Assembly (NCBI GenBank): GCA_965214835.1
Contig: CBDCCK010000002.1
Coordinates: 416,001 to 480,000, forward strand
Origin: Nitrosopumilaceae archaeon
GTDB taxonomy: Archaea > Thermoproteota > Nitrososphaeria > Nitrososphaerales > Nitrosopumilaceae
Reading direction: 5' to 3'
Length of the DNA stretch: 64,000 nucleotides
Part shown: piece after piece, positions 49,389 to 59,380 of the stretch
How the letters are laid out: every line of letters begins with the position of its first letter
Position numbering within the stretch: the stretch's first letter is position 1
Program-made: the position numbers and the translations under genes
The notes under the pieces: model-generated
Seen by the model: the letters and a program-made list of their open reading frames with translations, nothing else
Databases searched by the model: none
What the model was told of the DNA's origin: nothing

Positions 49389-49479
49389 GCAAGAATTCAC
49401 CCCCTAGGCGACACTACAGGTCATAACCTTGATCACCATGCCCACCACGCCGTATTTTTGGGGTGGGGTAAGATCCTAC
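49389..49479. mobile_element. MITE family D
   Basis: Homologous to the 11391 and 43506 copies. CTGGCC occurs on both flanks. Confidence 0.7.
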
Positions 49480-49615
49480 CCTGGCCTCCGTCGGCTCTAC
49501 CAAAAACAAACCTTTTCCAGTGGCAGGTGTTTGGGGCCACGCCGGATAAGTGGTGGGTATCTTTGCACGGCTTCAAATCTGCACGCAATGGCGACAATCG
49601 GAGCATGGTATAATA

Positions 49616-49976
49616 CGTACAGTCGAAGGTGGATCATTTTCTTATCAAAGTAGGTACGATTATCAAAATTATGATCCGTTTTTTGATGTGTGTACTGATA
49701 TTCTAGGCGACCTCCGGCACTGCCTACGACTTGCCTGAGTTTGTCCGCATGTTCGTGCGCATTCCCGGCGGCAGGAACATCATGACACTTGATTTGGCCT
49801 ACGACTCGTACGGCAGCTGCCCAGCTGTACGAGATCACACTCCCTTCTTAGTTGATGGAAGGGATAGCAGAAAGGAAGGCCATATCAGGGCCTGTAGTGT
49901 GCCACAAAAAATAGATCATGGTTTTGACATATCGTGCCTACTTTGATGAAAAAATGAATCCACTTTCAACTGTACG
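49616..49976. mobile_element. ~360-bp non-coding element with long (60-85 bp) imperfect inverted repeats
   Basis: CGTACAGTCGAAGGTGGATCATTTTCTTATCAAAGTAGGTACGAT... versus ...ATCGTGCCTACTTTGATGAAAAAATGAATCCACTTTCAACTGTACG. Confidence 0.75.
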
Positions 49977-50225
49977 CGGTAGGAGACAGTAAGTGGAAGA
50001 CGATAATCCAGAATGCCAAAGTCCGATCTATCTACGTGTCCCAGAGGAAATCACCCCAGCCGTAAGCGTCCCAGCCCCGTCAAGGGAGGCACGGCAGACC
50101 GTCCAAGGCACGGGGTTTTTGTGACCGAGCAGGGCCAGATGGGCCGGAACGGGGGTTTTGATGCAAAATACGAGTCGTACGGCCAGATGTGAAAAGAAGA
50201 AATACGGCCTTAGATAATTTTTGTA

Positions 50226-50299
50226 AGGGATGTAGGTTAGCTTGGTATACTGCCAGCTTCGGGTGCTGGAGTTCGTGGGTTCAAGTCCCATCATCCCTA
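50226..50299 (+). tRNA. tRNA-Pro(CGG)
   Basis: AGGGATG/CATCCCT acceptor stem; anticodon arm CCAGC-TTCGGGT-GCTGG; TTCAAGT loop. Confidence 0.92.
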
Positions 50300-50398
50300 C
50301 TATACAATTCACCGAGAGCTCGTCCTCAAACCGGCCACAAACCCGACGTATGGCGTCATTTGAAAAAGTAAAAGAAAAAAAGTGCGATTGCACTGTGT

Positions 50399-50962
50399 CT
50401 ATGGGATTGCCCTACTGTACAGCTTGCCTTCTAGGGCCATCTTGTACATTTCGGCAACGTATGGGTTCTCACCAGGAGTTTCTGCGCCCAGTTCTACGAG
50501 TCTGGCGTAAACCCTGACTACGTATGCGAGTGCTCCCATGAATGCAACTACTACACCCATGTTAAACATCCAGTGATTTGGAACTGCAAAGATCTCCTCT
50601 ACAAACCAAAAGTGCCACATCTCGTTGACTCCAATTGTAAACATGGTTGCCAAGTAACCTAGAATGGTCATCTTTAGACCGGTGTTCATGGAGTTGTTTG
50701 GACCTCTGAGAACGGGCACCTTTCTATCATAGATTGCGACCGAGCCCCATCCTAGTGGTAATGCCACAAAGTGTGAGTATAGCCACCAGTGTGCTGGGGT
50801 AAATGCGCTGTCTCTGATAGATGTTTGATGTAGAGAACCATCAACGAAGTTGTCCACTTCGACTGATGCTGCAGTTGATCCCATAGCAATAACGATGAGC
50901 CAGATCTTCTTTAGTCTCTGAATCTCAACCTCTTTTGGGATTAATGCCGGCATTTGTGCCAT
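50399..50962 (-). CDS. amoC: Ammonia monooxygenase subunit C
   Basis: MAQMPALIPKEVEIQRL, DGSLHQTSIRDSAFTPAH and NEMWHFWFVEEIF. Confidence 0.98.
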   Translation of the reverse strand: MAQMPALIPKEVEIQRLKKIWLIVIAMGSTAASVEVDNFVDGSLHQTSIRDSAFTPAHWWLYSHFVALPLGWGSVAIYDRKVPVLRGPNNSMNTGLKMTILGYLATMFTIGVNEMWHFWFVEEIFAVPNHWMFNMGVVVAFMGALAYVVRVYARLVELGAETPGENPYVAEMYKMALEGKLYSRAIP

Positions 50963-51221
50963 GATACTATTGCTATTTGTTTTAGATATAAACTAAGAGT
51001 TCTAAAATCCTAACTTTTTCTAAAAATATCGGAAATTGATCACTAAAATTATGTAAGAATTGCAATGCTGGAATAATGATTTCAGAAATATTTTAATCCA
51101 TTTTTTCAACATCCTAATGATTAACATTGGTGATTATCTTAATTTTATCCATATCGATCTCTTACATTCAAGGCAAAACATATAACGACGTAAGTTACCT
51201 TTCTGGACATAAGGGATAAGC
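50963..51221. promoter_or_regulatory. AT-rich divergent promoter region between amoC and amoB
   Basis: TTTATATC (minus strand) about 25 bp before amoC, and CATATAAC preceded by an A-rich BRE-like run before amoB. Confidence 0.6.
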
Positions 51222-51791
51222 ATGATCACAAACAAACTTGTCATAACTGGACTCGCAGTAGTACTTGCACTAGGTACGCTAGGTTTCAACTGGGTTGAAA
51301 CCATATTGCCAACTGCAGATGCACACGGTGTTCAGGCACAACTTCAGAGTCGTTTCATCAGAATTGAGGATGAGACCTTCAATAGACAGTCCCTACAAAC
51401 TGGCGAAATTCTTACTCTAGAGGGTAAGCTGGTCAGCTTAGTAGCAAGAGACCTCAGGGGATGGATCTCCATCTTCTCAGAGTCTACCAATGCAGGCAAC
51501 AGGTGGGAAATCCTGGCAAGAGACCCGCCAGGCAATGTCTTTGACATTCAAGGTAACGAGGTACTGACATATTCCATCTCTGCAAAAGCACTTGAGGCAG
51601 GCGTATATCACGTACACACACAACTCAACGTTGCATCGGTAGGTCCGGGACTCGGTCCGGGTCAGACAGTTGTCGTAGAAGGCGAGCCAATTATCAAGGC
51701 AATTCCATATACTAACATTGCATATCAATCAATCATTATCGGTGTTGGTTATATCATCACATTCGCAACACGACCCTGGCAAGTAATCTAA
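51222..51791 (+). CDS. amoB: Ammonia monooxygenase subunit B
   Basis: ADAHGVQAQLQSRF, YHVHTQLN and ATRPWQVI. Confidence 0.98.
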   Translation: MITNKLVITGLAVVLALGTLGFNWVETILPTADAHGVQAQLQSRFIRIEDETFNRQSLQTGEILTLEGKLVSLVARDLRGWISIFSESTNAGNRWEILARDPPGNVFDIQGNEVLTYSISAKALEAGVYHVHTQLNVASVGPGLGPGQTVVVEGEPIIKAIPYTNIAYQSIIIGVGYIITFATRPWQVI

Positions 51792-51889
51792 ACTCCTTTA
51801 TCTTTCCTTTTCATTTTCTGACCATCCAAGCCTGCCCCCATACAGTATGAATTGACAAGTTTTATCAGCCCGGCAAAGATACCATAGCC

Positions 51890-52204
51890 ATGACAATGAG
51901 CTTTGCAATAACCAGACTGGACATCATGCAAAGCTACTTTGTCGGCAAGGTGGAATTCAGGGGAGACGAGTATACGGTCAACATACAGCCCCAAAGGAGG
52001 GGCAAGGTACTCAAACTACCCTTCAAGCTAGGAACAAAAAGGGCCAGATTCATAGTAAGGCTGACCGGAGACGGCCTGGCAGTTGAGGATTATCTGCCGC
52101 ACCTAGGAGAGTCCGAATGGCTTGAAATCGACTCTGACGAGATAACCTACTTTCTGGCAGACAATCAGGACAAGATGGATACCATCGAGGTCATGGACGA
52201 TTAG
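51890..52204 (+). CDS. Conserved hypothetical protein
   Basis: Clean ORF with genome-typical codon usage. Confidence 0.65.
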   Translation: MTMSFAITRLDIMQSYFVGKVEFRGDEYTVNIQPQRRGKVLKLPFKLGTKRARFIVRLTGDGLAVEDYLPHLGESEWLEIDSDEITYFLADNQDKMDTIEVMDD

Positions 52205-52391
52205 GGATTGTTCAAGAAATTTCCGCAAAATGACCGATGATGCCCCACTGCTCCCCAGGTCGCGCACAATGCATTTGATCTCGCCAAAGCCCCGGCCGTG
52301 GAACCCCTCGCTCAGCGGAGGTCATGCCGTCCTCCCAGTTTTGCAGCCATGTCCAAGCCCAATTAGAAAGGACTTTAAGTGATCCTTCGAA

Positions 52392-52925
52392 ATGCATGTC
52401 ATGATCTGGCCTGGAACCAGCGATCCCTACAAAAGGAAGAAGACCATCAGGTTTTTGGGAATTAGTGCAGGAGTCGGGGCAGTAGCAGTCATGCTGACGG
52501 TGCTAGTGGTCAATCCGTTCCTAGGATCACAGCCGCACAGCGCCTGTATTGAGGATCTTGATACAAGCTGGAAGATCTCGTTTAATGTGGAATTATACGC
52601 AGATGGAAACAAGCTGGAGGTTCCAGCCAATGTGGGATTAACGGAGGGGGGATGCCAGAGGGCGCTATACACGCTGGCAAATGACGGAGTGGCCTTTGCA
52701 GAGTGGACCGAGGAGCACACCTTTGAGATCGGCCACTTTTTGTGGATTGCAGAATATCCAATCAGGGACATGGAACTGTCAAAGTCGGCCCTATACGTCA
52801 ACGATGTCAGATCAGAGCAGTTCCTAAAGCACCCAATCCAGGAGGGTGCGACATACAGGGCCGAGTTTACGACCAAGGAATACGACGCATCAGATGAAAA
52901 GGACTTTCTGCCGCCGGATCTTTAG
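52392..52925 (+). CDS. Membrane-anchored hypothetical protein
   Basis: N-terminal TM segment; VPANVG...CQRALYT. Confidence 0.7.
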   Translation: MHVMIWPGTSDPYKRKKTIRFLGISAGVGAVAVMLTVLVVNPFLGSQPHSACIEDLDTSWKISFNVELYADGNKLEVPANVGLTEGGCQRALYTLANDGVAFAEWTEEHTFEIGHFLWIAEYPIRDMELSKSALYVNDVRSEQFLKHPIQEGATYRAEFTTKEYDASDEKDFLPPDL

Positions 52926-52997
52926 ATAACATCAAAAAATTAAGGCACGAGCCATCGTCCAAGACGAATCAAAAATAATGAAAAGAAGAGAAGTGTT

Positions 52998-53282
52998 TTA
53001 CCAGTATTTGCCGTTGTCTGGAATTAGACCAATGCCTTCTCTCTCAAAGTGTCTGTCTAACTCGTCAACCCATCTCTCACGGTTGTCCTTGTAAGACCAG
53101 CCGTGGACACGTAACCAGAATGCGATAATTCCCAGAAGGAAGATAACGAACATCATCGTGCCGAAGATGTAAATCATGACATCGTAAAATAGTGGGTCAT
53201 AGTTTGGTCCCAACTGTCCTGTAAGTGATGACAGGATGCTAAGGAACGTTCCTACGATAGGAGTCATTAGAATATGAGCCAT
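52998..53282 (-). CDS. amoY: Probable AMO subunit Y
   Basis: Small TM protein with amo-like codon usage, between amoB and rps15, the position described for amoY/amoZ in Nitrosopumilales. Confidence 0.65.
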   Translation of the reverse strand: MAHILMTPIVGTFLSILSSLTGQLGPNYDPLFYDVMIYIFGTMMFVIFLLGIIAFWLRVHGWSYKDNRERWVDELDRHFEREGIGLIPDNGKYW

Positions 53283-53379
53283 ATTTGTGCGATATATAGA
53301 TTTCTGTCAGGCGTCAATATGTGCTAAATCAGGCAGTGCTAGGAGCGATCTAATAAAATAAGAAAAGGTGTGGTCTTGA

Positions 53380-53709
53380 TTAACCCCTGCCCATTGCAGC
53401 ATATTTTCCAGAACGTGCTCTGAAGAAGAATGACGCTGCGATTCCGCCAAAGACGGCACCGGCAATTGCGGATGCACCAAGCACACCGCCTGCATCCAAG
53501 TAAGGAGTGCCAGAACCACTAGATGGATTTTCTGTTACAGCCTCGATTCTACGTCTCTGGATTTCCAGGGCCTCTTCCAAGGTGTTTTTGCCTGTCTCTC
53601 CAGCATCACCGACGTTTCCTAGATATTGTGCATAGGCGATTCCTAGGAATCCCATGCTGCCCAGTACTACGACGGAGAACATTCCTGCGAATAGTATCTT
53701 TTGATTCAT
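53380..53709 (-). CDS. amoZ: Probable AMO subunit Z
   Basis: Signal peptide ending AYAQ, TLEEALE helix, SGSGTPYL and a C-terminal TM. Adjacent to rps15. Confidence 0.65.
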   Translation of the reverse strand: MNQKILFAGMFSVVVLGSMGFLGIAYAQYLGNVGDAGETGKNTLEEALEIQRRRIEAVTENPSSGSGTPYLDAGGVLGASAIAGAVFGGIAASFFFRARSGKYAAMGRG

Positions 53710-53935
53710 ACCGTTTACCTGTTGTTTTTAGGCTAACCGTACTTATTTAACCTTTATTTTGAGCACCAGATCTGGGGCAATCTTTAGCGAGATCCGCAGT
53801 AATCGGCAGATCATGGCGACATGCAGGCGTGAATTTTGCTGTGGGGAGGGCTTGCATGGCTGAAAACCGAGGGATCTAACCGATTACGATCCGCAACAAG
53901 TAACGTTTAATTCCGTACCACGAGCCTGCATTCCC

Positions 53936-54385
53936 ATGGGAAGGCTTCACAGTCACAGGCATGGAAAATCACACTCGATTAGGCCGGTCACCGTCAGGGC
54001 AGCCTCGTGGATTACCCAGAGCCCGCAAGAGGTAGAGGAGCTTGTTGTAAAGTATTCAAAGGAGGGTCTCACCCCGAGTCAGATCGGGATCAGGCTAAGG
54101 GATCAGCACTCAATCCCACTGGCAAAGCCAATTACAAAAAAGACGGTAGGTCAGATTCTAAAAGAAAACGAGTTAGAGTCGGAGATGCCAGAAGACCTAG
54201 ACAACATCGTCAAAAAGGCAGTCGGTTTGCAAAAACACCTCAAAGCAAACAAGGGGGACAGAAGAAACGTCAGATCCCTTGAACTGATCGAGGCAAAGGT
54301 TCACAGGCTCTCAGTCTATTACAAAAAAATTGGCAGGATTCCACAAAACTGGAAATATAAGTCAGTAGTAGCTCAACTAGAGTGA
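53936..54385 (+). CDS. rps15: 30S ribosomal protein S15 (uS15)
   Basis: MGRLHSHRHGKSHS, PSQIGIRLRD and LELIEAKVHRL. Confidence 0.97.
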   Translation: MGRLHSHRHGKSHSIRPVTVRAASWITQSPQEVEELVVKYSKEGLTPSQIGIRLRDQHSIPLAKPITKKTVGQILKENELESEMPEDLDNIVKKAVGLQKHLKANKGDRRNVRSLELIEAKVHRLSVYYKKIGRIPQNWKYKSVVAQLE

Positions 54386-55806
54386 TGGCCCAGAGTCTTG
54401 ATAGCGCACTGTCTAATTTTCGCGATAAAATCTCAGAACTTGTAAAATCCAAAAAGTCAATCTCGGTTACCACACACATTGACTGTGACGGGCTGACTTC
54501 AGGCAGCATAGTAACAAAGGCCCTGATTCGGGCAGGGGCAAACGTCACGGTCCGAACCTCAAAGGAGTTCAGCCCCAAGATAATAGACTCGCTAAGCCGG
54601 GATCACAGGGACTTTCACATAGTAACGGATCTCGGGGGCGGGTTCGGGGCGGAGCTAGATGAAAAGCTGGGTGAAGACTGGCTTGTCTTGGATCACCACG
54701 AAATCCCAGAGGAGGAGAAGGACAACCCCCGGGTCATCAATGCTTGGAAGTACGGCATCGATGGTGGAGTCGAGATTTGTGCGGGAGGAATGGCATATTT
54801 GGCATCATGTGCACTAGGTGAGAAAAACGCAGACCTGTCGGCAACTGCGGTGGTCTCGGCGCTAGGCGACAGGCAGGATCAGGGCGAGAAAAAGGCTTTC
54901 ATGGGAAAAAATACAGAGATTGCAAACACGGCAAAAGACCTGGGGCTGCTGAGCATTGATTTGGACTTGCTGCTGGTGGGCCGGGAGACCAGGCCCTTAG
55001 CAGACGCCCTGGCGTTTACCTCACAGCCATTCATCGAGGGGCTGACATGGAACAGGGACTCGTGCTATTCCCTTCTTCAGACGTCGGGTATTCCCCTAAA
55101 GGAGGGAGGCAGGTGGAGGGTGCCCGCAGAACTGACCGAGGACGAAAAGCGCACGCTGATCGAGGCCGCTGCCAGGTTTGCCTCAGACAAGAATGCGACA
55201 GAGATCATGTCAGGACTGATCGGGTATGCCTATACGTTCCCCAGAGAGGACGGACGCAGCTTCCTAAGGGACGGCAGGGAGTTCTCAACCATGCTGAACT
55301 CATGTGGGCGCATCAGCAAGTCAGGGGTGGGAATAGCAGTCTGCATGGGGGACAGAAATAAGATCCTGAGGGAGGGAGAAGGCATCCTTACGGAATACAG
55401 AAGGATGATTCGCGAATACATGAACATCCTGGCAAATGAGAGGTGGAGGATTTCAGAAAGCAAGACATGCGTGATGGTAAACGGGGATGGGGTGGTGCCT
55501 GAAACAATGACTGGCACCATATCGTCCCTGATTGCGGGGTCTCCAAAAAACGCAGGAAAAATAGTGATCCTGAGGACCGGCAGCGAGGAGGGCGCGATCA
55601 AGTTTTCATCAAGAAAGTCCTTTGGGTGCAAATCAGACGTAAATCTCAGCGAGCTGATGAGGGCGGGGGCTGAAAAATTCGAGGGCGTCGGGGGAGGCCA
55701 CGATGCCGCGGCGGGTGCAAAGATCACTAAAGACAAATTAGATGGGTTCTTGGACTATTTGGAGGCCAATGTCGCTAAGGTGCCAGGTTCAGGTAACACT
55801 GAATAA
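54382..55806 (+). CDS. RecJ-like DHH/DHHA1 phosphoesterase
   Basis: HIDCDG, TDLG, LDHH and GGGHDAAAGA motifs. Confidence 0.92.
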   Translation: MMAQSLDSALSNFRDKISELVKSKKSISVTTHIDCDGLTSGSIVTKALIRAGANVTVRTSKEFSPKIIDSLSRDHRDFHIVTDLGGGFGAELDEKLGEDWLVLDHHEIPEEEKDNPRVINAWKYGIDGGVEICAGGMAYLASCALGEKNADLSATAVVSALGDRQDQGEKKAFMGKNTEIANTAKDLGLLSIDLDLLLVGRETRPLADALAFTSQPFIEGLTWNRDSCYSLLQTSGIPLKEGGRWRVPAELTEDEKRTLIEAAARFASDKNATEIMSGLIGYAYTFPREDGRSFLRDGREFSTMLNSCGRISKSGVGIAVCMGDRNKILREGEGILTEYRRMIREYMNILANERWRISESKTCVMVNGDGVVPETMTGTISSLIAGSPKNAGKIVILRTGSEEGAIKFSSRKSFGCKSDVNLSELMRAGAEKFEGVGGGHDAAAGAKITKDKLDGFLDYLEANVAKVPGSGNTE

Positions 55807-56011
55807 CATTCCAAGGGAAAAGGCCCAGACCGTGAAAAAGGCCCTGGGGCCAGACAATGTGGATTTTCCAGAAAACTTGAGCCTTGAGATGAAAAATGTT
55901 GATGACAGCCTTGTCTTTGACTTTCAGAGTCAGGGAAACATGAGGGGGCTCATAGGAACGGTAGACGAGGTGCTAGAGCACATTCAGGTGGCGCTAAAGG
56001 TGATCGAGTGA
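55769..56011 (+). CDS. KEOPS Pcc1-like protein
   Basis: ALGPDN...LIGTVDEVL; conserved position after the RecJ-like gene. Confidence 0.7.
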   Translation: MSLRCQVQVTLNNIPREKAQTVKKALGPDNVDFPENLSLEMKNVDDSLVFDFQSQGNMRGLIGTVDEVLEHIQVALKVIE

Positions 56012-57270
56012 TGCTGGATCCGAAAATCCTCAGGGAGGATCCAGAAAAAGTCAGGGGCATGCTCAAGGACAGGGCAGTCGACTTTGACCTGGACGGCCTG
56101 GTGCAGGCAGACAGGCAGAGAAGAGAGCTGATCGCAAAGACAGACGAGATCAGGGCCAGAAAGAACGGGATGGCACTACAAATATCAGAGAAAAAAAAGG
56201 CGGGGGAGGATGCCAGTCGGATTCTAGAGAAGATGAAAGGCGTATCAGCGGAGCTTGCAAGACTGGGGGGGGAGCAGGAGAGGACAAGGCAGAAATATGA
56301 AAGGCTGGCATTTACGGTTCCCAACCTGATCGACGAGTCTGTTCCCATCGGAGACGGCACGGCAAACATCGAGGAGAGGAGGTGGGGCAGCATCCCCCGA
56401 TTCGACTTTGAGATCAAGGATCACATCGACCTCTCAGAGCAGCTGAACCTGGTGGATCTGGAGAGGGCCGCCAAGGTATCCGGGGCCAGGTTCTACTACC
56501 TGAGAGACGACCTAGTGCGGCTCAACCACGCCCTGATTCAGTATGCCCTGGACTTTCTGGGTGGGAGGGGATACTCCTTGGTCCAGCCGCCCTACATGAT
56601 CAACCGTGGCTCGATGGAGGGGGCGGTGATTGCAGATGACTTTGAGGACGTCATTTACAAGGTGGAAGACGAGGACCTGTTTCTGATTGGAACCTCAGAG
56701 CACGCAATGGCTGCAATGCATGCCGATGAAATCTTGGAGGGTGGGAGCCTGCCCATAAGATATGCGGGGGTAAGTCCCTGCTTCAGAAAGGAGGCCGGAG
56801 CCCACGGCCGTGATCAGAAGGGAATCTTCAGGGTGCACCAGTTTGAAAAAATAGAGCAGTTTGTCTACTCCAGGCCCGAGGACTCCAAGAGGGAGCACGA
56901 GGGGATGCTGGTAGCAGCAGAGGAGTTCTACCAGAAGCTGGGAATCCCGTACAAGGTCATGCTGCTATCCAGTGCAGACATGGGAAAGGTCTCGGCCAAA
57001 ACGTGGGATATCGAGGCGTGGATGGCAGGCCAGAACGCATACAGGGAGGTCGTATCCTGCTCAAACTGCTGGGAGTACCAGGCACGAAGGCTGAAGATCA
57101 GGTTCAGGGACAGGACAAGCGAGGAGACCCGGTACCTGCACACTCTGAACAGCACCCTGGTGGCGACCACGCGGGTTCTAGTCTCCATAATGGAGAACTT
57201 TCAGACCAGGGACGGCCACATAGGGATTCCAAAGGTGCTGCAGCAGTACGTCAGAAAGGACTCGATCTAG
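56008..57270 (+). CDS. serS: Seryl-tRNA synthetase
   Basis: LIGTSE, FRKEAG...GIFRVHQFEK, EVVSCSNC and HTLNST motifs. Confidence 0.97.
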   Translation: MMLDPKILREDPEKVRGMLKDRAVDFDLDGLVQADRQRRELIAKTDEIRARKNGMALQISEKKKAGEDASRILEKMKGVSAELARLGGEQERTRQKYERLAFTVPNLIDESVPIGDGTANIEERRWGSIPRFDFEIKDHIDLSEQLNLVDLERAAKVSGARFYYLRDDLVRLNHALIQYALDFLGGRGYSLVQPPYMINRGSMEGAVIADDFEDVIYKVEDEDLFLIGTSEHAMAAMHADEILEGGSLPIRYAGVSPCFRKEAGAHGRDQKGIFRVHQFEKIEQFVYSRPEDSKREHEGMLVAAEEFYQKLGIPYKVMLLSSADMGKVSAKTWDIEAWMAGQNAYREVVSCSNCWEYQARRLKIRFRDRTSEETRYLHTLNSTLVATTRVLVSIMENFQTRDGHIGIPKVLQQYVRKDSI

Positions 57271-57419
57271 CGGGTTTTCCACACGCACCCAAAAACAGCT
57301 CCCCCGATCGAGTCGTCCATGGCGGCGGCCAGGCGGCCCGAGAGGGTCACGCCATAGCAGAGATCCATGAACATCCACAAGATGCGTAATCATCAGGCAA
57401 AACTTTCAATGGTCATCAG

Positions 57420-57545
57420 TGTAGGTGAAAACTGTGACATCTCGGGCTCTGGAAGTTCAGGCGTGAATTTTGCCTCCCCGAAAACCCCGATCGAGAATAA
57501 TCCGTGCCTAGGATCAGGAATGGCGTCCAGAATGCGAGCTGTTGC
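57420..57545. repeat. ~130-bp dispersed repeat (inverted copy of 17025..17150)
   Basis: Direct sequence comparison by eye. Confidence 0.7.
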
Positions 57546-57590
57546 GTAGCGGTGTTTGTGTGCATGCGGCCGTGTAGGCAGTCCGTCCCG

Positions 57591-58592
57591 TTAGGCGGCC
57601 TGACCAGGAAAGTCTGAGAGGACAGGATAGCCGTGCCTTTTGGCGTTGTGATAGTGCCACCTGAGGTCGTTTTGCCCGCGCGGGGCCTTTGACAAGTTCC
57701 TCGCGTAGTCGATCTCGTCTGGGTGCAGGCTGTTGCGCTCGTGCAGCTTCCCAAGGTATCGCTGCGGTGGAAGGCGGTCGGATTTTTTACAGTTGCACCC
57801 CTGGCAGGCGAGAACAAGGTTCCACATGGCCGTGTCTCCCATATAGTCGTACGGTATGAAGTGATCCACGTGCGTGTTTGCCCCCCGCCGCAGGGTGTCC
57901 TCGCAGTAAAAGCACCCCTCTGTCAGAGGCCACAGCCTGTCCACGAACACACGCTGATTCCTCAGTCCGGGGATCCCTTCGAGCTTTTTTACCAGGTTCG
58001 GCGTTCCGAAATTGCGTTTCTCAAGAAAGCGCAGCCATTCAAGCGTCACCGCCTTGAGCAGGCACGCGTGATGCCCCCTGAAAAAATTTATGGCCTCATG
58101 GTTCAACAGTATCCCGCCCCGCGGGTCGATCCTTTTGTTGTCTGCCGAATCCCCGTACTCTTTTGCAAAGTAGTGAAAGAACGTCCTTTTTTCACCGGAG
58201 ATCTTTTGGAATCTCGGTATCACGTCGTCAAAACACTTTTTTGTGATTTTTTCGATGCATCTGCGCACCTGGTCGGGCTTTTCCTTTTTTAGCCTCTTAA
58301 ACGTCTGGGGGTAGACCTGCTCGGGAAACTCGTCGCGGATGATCGTTATTACCTCGGGTCGCTGGTTTTCTGGCCCCTGCCGAAGCTTGAACTTGCATTC
58401 CTGCATCCAGTAATACTTGAAAAAGTATTCTGCAATCGTAGAGTATCTGACCATCGGGTCGTTGTGTCTCTGGCTGTACTCCAGCATGAACCTGGCCAGG
58501 GCAAACTTGTAGGTGTTGTTTTTGACCCCCTTTGCAAGTATCCCCACGAACTCGTCGTGAAACTCGTCGTCGGTCTTTTCCTCAAAGCTCAT
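57591..58592 (-). CDS. HNH endonuclease with extended N-terminal domain
   Basis: CFYC...HVDHFIP...WNLVLACQGCNCKK; N-terminal NTYKFALAR. Confidence 0.88.
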   Translation of the reverse strand: MSFEEKTDDEFHDEFVGILAKGVKNNTYKFALARFMLEYSQRHNDPMVRYSTIAEYFFKYYWMQECKFKLRQGPENQRPEVITIIRDEFPEQVYPQTFKRLKKEKPDQVRRCIEKITKKCFDDVIPRFQKISGEKRTFFHYFAKEYGDSADNKRIDPRGGILLNHEAINFFRGHHACLLKAVTLEWLRFLEKRNFGTPNLVKKLEGIPGLRNQRVFVDRLWPLTEGCFYCEDTLRRGANTHVDHFIPYDYMGDTAMWNLVLACQGCNCKKSDRLPPQRYLGKLHERNSLHPDEIDYARNLSKAPRGQNDLRWHYHNAKRHGYPVLSDFPGQAA

Positions 58593-58775
58593 CTGCTGTT
58601 CACGTATCCGTTTTCATGATATATCTCTGTTATCGTGCATGGCGCGGTTCCTGTAAAGGATTTGTTGCCGTGATCAGCGCGGCTTTAGTCCGTGTACTGC
58701 ACTCGGGCCAAGGAGCTCGCTGGCGTGCTGCCCAATGGCATGCAGCCGGGCCAGCCCGTCTGTGATGAAGCTCCC

Positions 58776-59380
58776 ATAGCAACGAACAGAAGTCTTTGAG
58801 TCAAAACAGGGCGCATACGACAGATGCGTATGGGTCCAATAGGCGCCAGAGGCGTGACATCGTATTCGGGGGATCGCACAAGGGTGGCCGTGTTTGGAGG
58901 CATCTCAGAGGGCGGCAGGAGGCTGTTCAGGACGTGTACGGGATCGTTTGCGCCGGTGCAGTTCATACAATGTCTAGAGGCGCTGCGCGAAGTCTGGCAG
59001 GGTTGCCGTCTTTTGCGACAGGTGGAGCGTGCACAGATCTGCTGCCGTCGCAGAATATCTGGCGGGCCATCAGGCTGATAATGATCCCGGGGGGATCGCC
59101 GTACCTCAATAGACTTTATGCATAATCGACCTGAATGAGGCGAATTTGTTCGTAATAATCCTGGGTCTGAACCGATTACGCATAAAGTCTAATGTCGTAG
59201 AAGAATGCTGAAACCTGGGCAGGCATGTAGTTTTCAGGGGGATGGTGTACAGAAAGGTCGGCAAGCTGCGGCACGCCATATCTGAGTATTGCAGGACGGC
59301 GTCGTTTGCCCGCCCTTGCATGTGCAAGTACATTTACAGATCGCCGGTCAAGGCCCTCAATTACTTGTGACCGTTGCTAT
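58776..59380 (+). mobile_element. Internally deleted IS630-family remnant
   Basis: TIR ATAGCAACGAACAGAAGT / ACTTGTGACCGTTGCTAT. Fragments VAVFGGISEGGRRLFRT, PGGSPYLN-VVEEC and RHAISEY. Confidence 0.75.
59111..59190. mobile_element. MITE family G with AAT TSD, nested in IS630
   Basis: TIR AGACTTTATGCATAATCG / CGATTACGCATAAAGTCT. AAT on both sides; excision restores SPYLNVVEEC. Confidence 0.85.

Noticed and set aside
50030-50200. Possible RNase P or SRP RNA (GAGGAAATCACCC..., GC-rich)
   Set aside because: No matching 3' P4 strand and no SRP helix-8 motif were found.
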